DNA of 54,786 nt from Candidatus Woesearchaeota archaeon (GTDB lineage: Archaea > Nanobdellota > Nanobdellia > Pacearchaeales > GW2011-AR1). The stretch lies in NCBI GenBank assembly GCA_964364885.1, contig CAYIOA010000002.1, forward strand, positions 1-54,786, given 5' to 3'. How positions within the stretch are numbered: the stretch's first letter is position 1; every line of letters begins with the position of its first letter. Below are positions 18,040 through 26,450 of the stretch, piece by piece. Below the pieces are notes generated by a model that saw only the letters and a program-made list of their open reading frames with translations, did not search any database and was not told the DNA's origin. The position numbers were made by a program, and so were the translations under genes.

Positions 18040-20736
18040 TTAGAGAGATGGTCTTTTAATAAATCTTGCGTCTAGAGGAACCCCTTGTTTCCTTTCAAGT
18101 TCTTGTCTGACTTTCCTGTTTTCTAAGAACTTAAATAGGGGTATTTCCCACATTCCCGTTCTCTTTCCGGCAATTTTCCTAAAAGCATAAGTTGCTTGCT
18201 CCCTCTTCCATTTCTTCTCTCCCAGCTTGCTTTTAATTTCGTCGTCCTTTAATCCAAACTTTCTGGAGTTATAAACAAAATTCAGAATATTATATAGGTC
18301 ATCAGGATTTTTAAATAATCTTTTTTCATAATATCTCTTATACCACTCCTGGAGAATAATATACAAAATAAGCGTTCCCAACAAAATAAAGAGCATGCTT
18401 ATATTATAAAATTTCCAAGGAAACTTCCACCTGTATACCTCTCCCAGAGGCTTGTCTCCGCCAAATTTATCACTCCTAGGAGATAAGTATATCCCCAGCT
18501 CATCAACGTTAGGAACTTCCCCCCCAGCCAGAAATTCTATCTCGCCGGGTTCTCCAGACTCTCCAATTGGGATATAAACTGCGCTTCCGTCGCTGAGATA
18601 TCCCGCACCATAATCTCTCATGAAAATTATAGAATCCCTCGGGTAATTTATAACTAAATACGACTGCTCGTTCTGCGCAGCTTTCTGCTCCAATGAAATT
18701 TTATATTTTCCGAATATATCTCTCTCTGCATAATCTTCTTTAATAGAGAAAATCTCAAAATCAATCTCAAAATCATAATTATCATCCATCCATGCAATAA
18801 TATTATTCTCTAATTCTTCCCCTCCCTCGCTTCCTGATATTTCCTCTATAATGCTTGTGTCAATATTATTAAATCCAATCTCCCCAGGAAGGCTTCCGCG
18901 TTTGCTTATATAAACAGAATAAGGTATATCCATTTTAATAAGAGAATCTAATATCTTTGAGTATGCCTCTGTTTTAGCATCACTTTTCAAACTCGAGAAT
19001 TCATTTTTTATCTTTGTCAAGGAAGACGAACTCTCGTCTAGTTTTATTTCTTTTTTAATCTCTTTTCCAATCCATCCTGGAAGGGAATTTATATCTCCCT
19101 CAACATCTTTTATTCTAGTCTCATATTTCACTATTGTGATATTTGCAGATGTTCTTGGCTCTCCAACAATAACCTTGAATTTCTTAGTGGAGCTCTCTCC
19201 TGCAGCATTGCTGGCAGAAACTTCAATTATAAACTCTCCCTCTTTCATATAAGCGTACTCTGCCTCATTTTTATTGCCTTTCACTTCGCCTCCTCCATCC
19301 CCAAACTTCCAAGATGATGAAACTATTTCTTCTGCACTGATTGCTCTGAATAAAGTTTTATATCCAACAAGTATAACTCTAGGACTAACGCTAAAATCAA
19401 ATCCAACATCAACATTTACTGTTTCATTAAGAATTTTCTCTCCATCCAGATAAAGAAGAAAATCATGGTTTCCATCTCTGTTTGGAACCTCAAATTTCAT
19501 TTTCTCTAGACTTAAAAGAAGATGTTTTGAACTGATTGAAGAATCTTTGTTTGTTATCTCAAAGATATTCTTTTCTTCAAGCGCGACGTTTTCTCTTTTA
19601 TATATAATCTTTACATTGCTGATTGCTATTCCATTATCAGCTCCCCAGAGCCCAATAGGAATAACGCATCCATTTGAGCAATTATTATTGTAAACCCTAG
19701 TAAGATAACCATTAACATCTTTTACAAGCTCCTGTCCATTCAGGTTTTTGTATACTGCTTCATCAAAATTTATCGTTCCAATTGGAGCATATTTCAAAGG
19801 AACAGCATAAATCTCATAATCAAAATTTGGTCCTGTGCCTGGAGTTGCAGGATGTCCTGTTCTTCCGCACGAATCATCGGCTCCCCTGAATCTTATCTTA
19901 AACTTTCCAGAGTTATCACTGTCACTAACACAAACATAACCCTCTTCTACTTGCTTTTTAGGATGATACTTTATATTTACACTAACATCTCCTGCTTGAG
20001 GATCGCCAACTTCAAAACCGCCGGAATATGTTCCGCTTAGATTATACATTTTAAATTGGAGTCTTCCTCCGCTTCCTTCTTTCTGAATCTTAGCCCCGAC
20101 TTTATATCCTGGAGCTGCCTTTAATTTTATTTTTTCGCAATATCCAGTACTATCAATTATAGCGCTCCCTTCTATGTTTCCATCATCTCTAAAACACCCA
20201 TAATTAATTTGCTCTGTCTCGCATACTTCTCCGGCATTTGTATTAAAAAAGTCAGCTTCTAAATCATTGAACATATCAAGATAAAGCTGATTTGTGCAGC
20301 TGCTCTGGCTTGTTTCACTGTTTATATCAAATTTCATACTGCTAACAGATACTTTCTCTCCGTTCAGCTTAAACCCATACAATTTTTTATTGCTTCCTAA
20401 AGAAATTAGTGCGCTTTCTGCCCCGGTTCCATCAAGCTCAACATAACCTCTTTCGCAATTAAATGGCTCGCAAAAGAAGTCTCTTCCAAAAGCATATCCG
20501 GAAAGGTTTAACACCTCTAAAAGTTTCTTTGTGCCGTTAAAATTACTAGTGAATTCAGAATTCCTCTGCTCTGAGAAGCTAATATTAATAACTCCTCTAA
20601 CAACCTCTCCTTCTAAATAATTTTTTTCAATTCTCGAGCCATTTTCATTATAATTAAAATTTCCGGCAGCAAATGCTCCTCCAGCTAGCAATACAAGAAA
20701 AAACATACAAATAATAATTAAAACTTTTCTTTTCAT
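18040..20736 (-). CDS. large secreted surface protein with PKD domain, C-terminal TM anchor and basic cytoplasmic tail
   Basis: Signal peptide MKRKVLIIICMFFLVLLAGGAFA. PKD signature WKFGDGGG...YAYMKEGEFIIEVSASNAAGES. TM ISMLFILLGTLILYIIL followed by an ~100-aa K/R-rich tail. Confidence 0.8.
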   Translation of the reverse strand: MKRKVLIIICMFFLVLLAGGAFAAGNFNYNENGSRIEKNYLEGEVVRGVINISFSEQRNSEFTSNFNGTKKLLEVLNLSGYAFGRDFFCEPFNCERGYVELDGTGAESALISLGSNKKLYGFKLNGEKVSVSSMKFDINSETSQSSCTNQLYLDMFNDLEADFFNTNAGEVCETEQINYGCFRDDGNIEGSAIIDSTGYCEKIKLKAAPGYKVGAKIQKEGSGGRLQFKMYNLSGTYSGGFEVGDPQAGDVSVNIKYHPKKQVEEGYVCVSDSDNSGKFKIRFRGADDSCGRTGHPATPGTGPNFDYEIYAVPLKYAPIGTINFDEAVYKNLNGQELVKDVNGYLTRVYNNNCSNGCVIPIGLWGADNGIAISNVKIIYKRENVALEEKNIFEITNKDSSISSKHLLLSLEKMKFEVPNRDGNHDFLLYLDGEKILNETVNVDVGFDFSVSPRVILVGYKTLFRAISAEEIVSSSWKFGDGGGEVKGNKNEAEYAYMKEGEFIIEVSASNAAGESSTKKFKVIVGEPRTSANITIVKYETRIKDVEGDINSLPGWIGKEIKKEIKLDESSSSLTKIKNEFSSLKSDAKTEAYSKILDSLIKMDIPYSVYISKRGSLPGEIGFNNIDTSIIEEISGSEGGEELENNIIAWMDDNYDFEIDFEIFSIKEDYAERDIFGKYKISLEQKAAQNEQSYLVINYPRDSIIFMRDYGAGYLSDGSAVYIPIGESGEPGEIEFLAGGEVPNVDELGIYLSPRSDKFGGDKPLGEVYRWKFPWKFYNISMLFILLGTLILYIILQEWYKRYYEKRLFKNPDDLYNILNFVYNSRKFGLKDDEIKSKLGEKKWKREQATYAFRKIAGKRTGMWEIPLFKFLENRKVRQELERKQGVPLDARFIKRPSL

Positions 20737-21947
20737 TTTCTTTTCATTGAATAAAACAAGTATACAACAAACAAAATTGACAAGCTCAAAACAAAACTAA
20801 ATCCGCTGAAAAACGGCAATTGGAGAACTCTCGGGCATGGCACATCGATATCGCAAAGTTGATCAACACCACAACCAGCATCACAACCATCTGGTTCAGA
20901 CTCATATACAACATTTCTGCTTGTCTGTCCTTCTGTACATTCTGGTATCGCTCCAACAGGAAAGATAGAGCACGTTATTGCCGTCGGACCACTGCCAGTT
21001 GTCTTAGAATAAACGCATTTATTATCACTTGCTTTCCACACACAAGCTCCTCCAGCAGTAGCTGTTTGTCTATTCAAAGGGTCTTTAATATTTACACCAT
21101 AACAATCTTTCTCGCAGGCGTTTTTATTCACATTTGCATCACTGCTTACTTTATTATAATCATCGCAGCTTGATATAGGATAAGTATTTCCTCCAGAATC
21201 ATATGTTGTAGGACTGCAAACTCCCCCTCCGCCTCCTGGAGGAGGACCACCTCCAGTACATTGCGAAGTATCAAACGCGCATAAGGCAGTGCATCCAAGA
21301 GTGCCCCCAGTAAATCCGCCCCCGATAGTTGTGCAGTCATTCACTCCTAAACTACTTCCATCGCAACTCTCTCCAGGATCAACAACACCATCACCACAAC
21401 TACTCGTAAGAGGACAATCATGCGGGCAATTATTTGGATTCTCCCCGCTTTCACAGCTACTGTCATAATCGCAAATTGGAGTATCTCCAGGACTAACGCA
21501 GCACAAGCTATTAGGATACCTATTGCTTAGTGCAACATGCGCATTCGTATTAGAAGATAAAGAAACAATAAAAGAACTTTTGTCTCCTCCAAGAGTATAT
21601 CCCTCACATTTATCGCTCCTTAATTCACACACTAAATCCCCATAGGTTACCAGAGTATTATAAATCGATCCACTAGGTCCTTCAGCATGCGCATTTGTGC
21701 TGGCGCTCAACTTCAACATAGTATTTGATCCTCCTCCAACACTGCCAGAAAAATAATTATCAAAGCATACCTCTCCATTATATGAACTGCCGATGGCAGT
21801 TCCAGCATGCGCATTCGCAGCACCAGATATCTTGAACATTATTTGAGAAGAAGAGCTGCAAGTCGTCTGCGCAGAAGCAAAACTCGCAAAGATAATAAAC
21901 ACGCTTATAAAAGCCAGTATTAAACAAAACCTCTTCATCCCTATCAT
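20733..21947 (-). CDS. secreted Cys-rich repeat protein with C-terminal TM anchor
   Basis: Signal peptide. Three N-terminal repeats containing NAH[AV] (SGAANAHAG, SASTNAHAE, SSNTNAHVA). CGDGVVDPGESCDG Cys-rich repeat. Gly/Pro linker. C-terminal TM. Confidence 0.75.
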   Translation of the reverse strand: MIGMKRFCLILAFISVFIIFASFASAQTTCSSSSQIMFKISGAANAHAGTAIGSSYNGEVCFDNYFSGSVGGGSNTMLKLSASTNAHAEGPSGSIYNTLVTYGDLVCELRSDKCEGYTLGGDKSSFIVSLSSNTNAHVALSNRYPNSLCCVSPGDTPICDYDSSCESGENPNNCPHDCPLTSSCGDGVVDPGESCDGSSLGVNDCTTIGGGFTGGTLGCTALCAFDTSQCTGGGPPPGGGGGVCSPTTYDSGGNTYPISSCDDYNKVSSDANVNKNACEKDCYGVNIKDPLNRQTATAGGACVWKASDNKCVYSKTTGSGPTAITCSIFPVGAIPECTEGQTSRNVVYESEPDGCDAGCGVDQLCDIDVPCPRVLQLPFFSGFSFVLSLSILFVVYLFYSMKRK

Positions 21948-21983
21948 AGAGAATTAAACTTTATAAAGATTATCCAGACGAGA

Positions 21984-22388
21984 TTATTTTTTCCAAACAG
22001 AAATTTTAACTTTTTTTGGCGCATAATTAGCTATGTTAGGGCAAGCACTAATCACCCTCTCGCTGGAATAAACCTGCCCGCTGGATGTTATTGCTAATAC
22101 GCAAGGAGCTCCCAAATCACATATATCAAAGCTATAATCAAAAGCAGCGCTGTTTATTCTGTTATTTAAAAAAGGGGTTATAGTAGTCACACTTGTTGGA
22201 TTATCATTGCATACGCTCTCTCTTAAAACTCTGTCTTTGGCAATCTCCTCTAAAACAGGGGGGATAATATCAGACAAGTCCTCCTCACCAGAACTTCTTT
22301 GATAATAAAAGAAAATAATAACTCCAAAAATAATCATTATAGATATCATTGCCTCTGCAATTCTTGCAACTCCCATTTTGTCTACCAT
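21984..22388 (-). CDS. small pilin-like or membrane-anchored protein
   Basis: Short leader then hydrophobic helix (MG VARIAEAMISIMIIFGVIIFF). Start is either 22388 or 22376. Confidence 0.4.
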   Translation of the reverse strand: MVDKMGVARIAEAMISIMIIFGVIIFFYYQRSSGEEDLSDIIPPVLEEIAKDRVLRESVCNDNPTSVTTITPFLNNRINSAAFDYSFDICDLGAPCVLAITSSGQVYSSERVISACPNIANYAPKKVKISVWKK

Positions 22389-23146
22389 ATTGTAACAGTC
22401 AAATCAGCAAATTCAATTCCCCCGTATTTTCTTAAAATTTCCACTCTTTTTGTGATTGAGTAAGTTTCAATATTATCAGGAATGTTCCTCTGGGCAACAA
22501 TGCTATTGCCATCACTAAATATAACTGAGAAGCCAAAATCAACTCTATTTGGGATATTGAATCCACTCGCTCCTTTAAAGGTTGCATAATCAGTTGTGTA
22601 ATCTACTTTCAATTGCTCAAGCTTTTTTTCAGATAAATACTCTCCAATCTTCGAGGATAGTATCTCATAGCCCACTTCTCCATGCGGACCATCAGCTATA
22701 GCATCATTAGAAAATTCTTCACTAAACCTTATTATAATAACCTCTGTATCTGTCCATATGCCAGAAGTAGGTTTGACATATATTAAATCCCCAGTTCGTT
22801 TAGAGTCTATAGGAGTTCCATCACTTCTCTCACCATCTGGATTCCTGCCAGTGCCAATTCCAGGGAGATTTATTGCAAAAAGAAATCCTCCAATCTGGAT
22901 TAAATGAGCCGTGCAATCAGATCCAGGAATAATAACTTTACTGCAGTCAATTCTAACAAAATAGCTCTCAACTTCAACACCTGCGTTTCTATTTATTTCT
23001 CTAAAAACATAATCTATTGAGCTGTCAATTAAGCGGTTGCTGTCAAAAGGGCTGAAGAAATAAAGTGCGAATCCCACGGCCCCTGCAAAAATAATAAACG
23101 ACAAAATAATCTCTACATGGCTGATTCCTCTTTTCTTCATTGCCAA
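22382..23146 (-). CDS. type IV pilin-like protein
   Basis: MAMKKRG|ISHVEIILSFIIFAGAVGFALYF: class III signal with Glu at +5. Confidence 0.6.
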   Translation of the reverse strand: MAMKKRGISHVEIILSFIIFAGAVGFALYFFSPFDSNRLIDSSIDYVFREINRNAGVEVESYFVRIDCSKVIIPGSDCTAHLIQIGGFLFAINLPGIGTGRNPDGERSDGTPIDSKRTGDLIYVKPTSGIWTDTEVIIIRFSEEFSNDAIADGPHGEVGYEILSSKIGEYLSEKKLEQLKVDYTTDYATFKGASGFNIPNRVDFGFSVIFSDGNSIVAQRNIPDNIETYSITKRVEILRKYGGIEFADLTVTIW

Positions 23147-23191
23147 GCATAGAATGTCAAGTTTTTTAATCTTTACATCCTGATTATATAA

Positions 23192-23974
23192 ATGAACACA
23201 AATGAAGAGATTATAAGAAAGATAAAATCAAAGAAAGAGCTCTCAGGAATTACAAATTCAATTGTAGAGGAGCATCTCAGCAATTACATAAAAAAAAGAG
23301 GAATAAACCTTCCCGAATTAAGAGAAAAACAGTTAAAAATAATAATAAAAGAAATACGGGCAAAGCTCAGAACTTTGTCAGGGCAATACCAAAGAGGCGT
23401 AAAACATAGATTAAAATTTCTTAACAATAAAGAATTAGAAAATTTATTAAGAACGCATTCATCAACTTCAGAAAGAATTGATTTTTATCCCTCTTTAAAG
23501 AAGATGATAAAAAACTTAAAGATTAAATCAATTTTAGACTTAGGATGCGGATTAAATCCTATAGCTCTATCAGATAAAAAAATAAAGTATTATGCTTCAG
23601 ACATAAAAGAAGATGAGCTATCCCTAATAGAGTCGTATTTCGCGCAAAACAAAATAAACGGAAGAACTTTTGTTTATGATATAAGAGCAATAAAAGATGA
23701 CCTCCCAAAGGCAGATTTATGCCTGTTATTTAAAGTAATAGACCTTGTATCAAAAAATAATAAATCCCTCACAAAAAATATTTTATCCAATATCAAGTGT
23801 AAATATATCCTTGTCAGCTTTCCAACAAAAAAACTCTCAGGAAGACCAATGTCAAAGCCAAAAAGAATATGGTTTGAAAGAATACTGGCAGAATTAAATA
23901 TGAAATTTGAAACATTCCAGTCAGACAATGAAATATTCTACCTCATCAATACACGTGAAAAATCTTCAATCTAG
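23192..23974 (+). CDS. FmrO/ArmA/Rmt-family 16S rRNA (guanine-N7) methyltransferase homologue
   Basis: Collinear with ArmA/RmtB as I recall them: LLRTHSSTSERI, SILDLGCGLNPIAL (SAM motif I), YYASDI, DLCLLFKVIDLV, ILVSFPTKKLSGR...IWFE, NEIFYLI. Confidence 0.72.
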   Translation: MNTNEEIIRKIKSKKELSGITNSIVEEHLSNYIKKRGINLPELREKQLKIIIKEIRAKLRTLSGQYQRGVKHRLKFLNNKELENLLRTHSSTSERIDFYPSLKKMIKNLKIKSILDLGCGLNPIALSDKKIKYYASDIKEDELSLIESYFAQNKINGRTFVYDIRAIKDDLPKADLCLLFKVIDLVSKNNKSLTKNILSNIKCKYILVSFPTKKLSGRPMSKPKRIWFERILAELNMKFETFQSDNEIFYLINTREKSSI

Positions 23975-24067
23975 AGGTTAGAGTTAGTTAATGTCGATTT
24001 TTCCCGGTTCTCCCAAAACCCCGAACAGCGCACTTTAGTGTGGTAAACAAGAGGGTTTTGTGATAAA

Positions 24068-24940
24068 TTAAGCACTCGGCGTTGATAAGAACAGCTTTGA
24101 TCCTGTAGAAACGAGAAAAGCTATTGTCATAAGGATAAAAGAATGTTTAATTCCGCTCTTAATAGATCCTTCAGCAAGTTTTCCTATCGTTAGGCCTATA
24201 AAAAACCCCTGTGCCAAAATAAGATATAAAAAAGATTTGCTAAACTGTTCTGTCGAACTCGCAATCTCTTCAGAACTGCTCTGCTGCTCAAGACTGCTTA
24301 CACTAAAGTCAAATCCTCCTATCCCTCCTATACCGCTTGTCAGAGGAATAATCCTGAACTCCATAACAAGTATTATCCCTAAAAACAAAAAGAATATTAC
24401 ATATCCCTGAACCACTAGATTATAAATTGCAGACTTTCTTTCTTTCTTAAGCTTTTCAACCTCAGATATTGATTTGGCAGTTGAGTCAAGAATATAATCT
24501 ATCTCCCCTCCGGCCTTCTCAGCTTCTCTTATCAAGGCAACAGCCCTTTTTATAACAGAGCTGTTGACATCACTGGAAAAGTTCTGCAAAGCCACGTCAA
24601 CTGAAACACCAAGCTCTATTTGATTAGAAAGTTTTGTTAAATAAGGATTCAAAACACCATAATTTTTTTTCCTAATGTTAATGACGCTCCGGCTTATAGG
24701 AGTCCCAGTAGAAACACTCTCAGCAAGATTGCGCGTGAACTCCAAGAACATCTCATTTATCTGTTGCTCTTTTTTATTCTCAAGTGTAAGGCCTACAACA
24801 AAAGGGAGAGCAGCTATCCCCCATGCGATTCCAATCAAAAAGAATAGCATTCTTTCATCATTAAAAAAGAATATAAGGTCAACTATCACAACTACAACTG
24901 CAATTATTATTCCAAACCAATGCATTTTTTTCAATCTCAT
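24068..24940 (-). CDS. type IV pilus platform protein, T2SSF-domain (FlaJ/TadC-like, C-terminal half)
   Basis: 290 aa polytopic protein with one T2SSF-like cytoplasmic domain (FTRNLAESVSTGTPISRSV...ALIREAEKAGGEI). Confidence 0.8.
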   Translation of the reverse strand: MRLKKMHWFGIIIAVVVVIVDLIFFFNDERMLFFLIGIAWGIAALPFVVGLTLENKKEQQINEMFLEFTRNLAESVSTGTPISRSVINIRKKNYGVLNPYLTKLSNQIELGVSVDVALQNFSSDVNSSVIKRAVALIREAEKAGGEIDYILDSTAKSISEVEKLKKERKSAIYNLVVQGYVIFFLFLGIILVMEFRIIPLTSGIGGIGGFDFSVSSLEQQSSSEEIASSTEQFSKSFLYLILAQGFFIGLTIGKLAEGSIKSGIKHSFILMTIAFLVSTGSKLFLSTPSA

Positions 24941-24941
24941 T

Positions 24942-26255
24942 TTAATAAGTTGGCTGCCTCAAATGCAACAGTATAAGGAAAAGAATATTTAATAATGCTA
25001 CTCCCAGAATAACCAAGAGAGATAACTGCAACGAACTAAGGCCGACATTAAATCCAGCAAGCATAATCATAATAAAAAGCAGTAAGAAAACCATTGGAGC
25101 AGCTATAACCAGGCTGATATAGATATCAAGAAAAGTCTCAGCAGTTTTAGTGTATTTCTCTCTGTCAAGCCTGTAATTTAATAGCAAAGTTTCAGCTCTT
25201 TTCTCAAAAAATTCAGGCAAGCTCGCCCCGGAAGTTATTGTTGTTGATAACCCGGAAAACAATTCAGACAATTTTTCACTAGGCGTGCTAATAGAAGCAT
25301 TGTTTAAGGCAGTAATCAAATCATATCCATATAAATTAATCTGATTCAAGACCTTCCTTATCTCCTTCCTCAAGTAAGGATACTCCCTGTTTAGTCCTAT
25401 TATTCTAAATATCTCGCTTGGCTCAATGCCTGACCCGGATATGGCGCTCATATGTATTACTGCAAACGGCAGCTCAATATCTATTCTTCTTTGGAGAGAT
25501 TTTTTCTCAGTAGAAGGGTAAACATAAAGAATAAGAAAAACAAGCACCGGCGATACAAAAGGTATCCAGAATATCTTTGCGAATCTTAGCAAGTAGCTTC
25601 CATTAAAAAACTCGAAAAAAGGAAATCCAGGCGCAAAATCAAAAAAGAAAAAAAACACAACTGCAAAAATGGATAAGACTAAAGTAAGAAAGCTGGAGAG
25701 AAGTATAACTGCGACATAAGACTCCAGCAGCAAATCAAGATTGGATTTTTTTAATTCAACAGACAAGTTCTTAAAATACCCTTTTTTTATCAAAATATCT
25801 GCCCTGTCAAAGAAGAATTTGTTTGCCAGCTTAAAATATCCTCTGCCAACCTTAAATTCTGTATATACCTCTTTTTCCTCGCGTCTCTTCTTTTTAATCT
25901 TCCTAAGCAGGTTCTCGCCTATGCTCAGCTCGCGCAGGAATTTCTCCTTATCTCTTCTGTCTAGTACGACCTCAAGGCTCCTGTCGCTTCTCTTGAATTT
26001 TATTCTCTCAAAACTAAATCTCGCACTCCTCGGCTTGGCACTGTCAGAAGGAAGCTTTTTTGTTATCTCAATATCTTTCAGCAGTTTTGGAATAGAGGCA
26101 TTTATTATTTTTATAGTCTTCTCTAAAGAAACTATTGAGCCAATCAAAAGAGATTTTTCATGCTCGCTCACATATTCCAGACTCCTCGTGTAATTTGATA
26201 TTTCTCTGAGTATTCCTATTTCAGTTCTAACATTATTTTTCAATTCATCTATCAT
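24942..26255 (-). CDS. type IV pilus platform protein, T2SSF-domain (FlaJ/TadC-like, N-terminal half)
   Basis: 437 aa: a charged N-terminal region, TMs, and a T2SSF-like domain (ELPFAVIHMSAISGSGIEPSEIF...SGLSTTITSGASL). 1-nt gap to the next gene. Confidence 0.8.
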   Translation of the reverse strand: MIDELKNNVRTEIGILREISNYTRSLEYVSEHEKSLLIGSIVSLEKTIKIINASIPKLLKDIEITKKLPSDSAKPRSARFSFERIKFKRSDRSLEVVLDRRDKEKFLRELSIGENLLRKIKKKRREEKEVYTEFKVGRGYFKLANKFFFDRADILIKKGYFKNLSVELKKSNLDLLLESYVAVILLSSFLTLVLSIFAVVFFFFFDFAPGFPFFEFFNGSYLLRFAKIFWIPFVSPVLVFLILYVYPSTEKKSLQRRIDIELPFAVIHMSAISGSGIEPSEIFRIIGLNREYPYLRKEIRKVLNQINLYGYDLITALNNASISTPSEKLSELFSGLSTTITSGASLPEFFEKRAETLLLNYRLDREKYTKTAETFLDIYISLVIAAPMVFLLLFIMIMLAGFNVGLSSLQLSLLVILGVALLNILFLILLHLRQPTY

Positions 26256-26413
26256 AAAATCTCGTCTATTTGTCTTTGAAAGTTTAAAATCTCTTTTTTA
26301 GCAAGAGCCATCTGCTCAGAATCTTTTTGTTTTTGCGCTTCCTCTAATTTTACTATGCTGTCTTTTATAGCAGTCAAAAGCTGGGCCAAAATAAGAATTT
26401 CCTCTTTTTTCAT
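26252..26413 (-). CDS. 53-aa coiled-coil micro-protein
   Basis: Hand translation: MKKEEILILAQLLTAIKDSIVKLEEAQKQKDSEQMALAKKEILNFQRQIDEIL. Its TGA overlaps the ATG of the platform gene (ATGA). Confidence 0.4.
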   Translation of the reverse strand: MKKEEILILAQLLTAIKDSIVKLEEAQKQKDSEQMALAKKEILNFQRQIDEIL

Positions 26414-26450
26414 AAATCTAAAAGTTATAAAATGTTTATATATCTTTCAA

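Noticed and set aside
24012-24060. 8-bp inverted repeat CAAAACCC...GGGTTTTG between the convergent methyltransferase and platform genes; considered as an ncRNA or split-tRNA half
   Set aside because: There are no tRNA-like arms or box motifs, and the loop is ~30 nt with weak internal pairing. Its position between two convergent stop codons fits a 3'-end or terminator-like element better.
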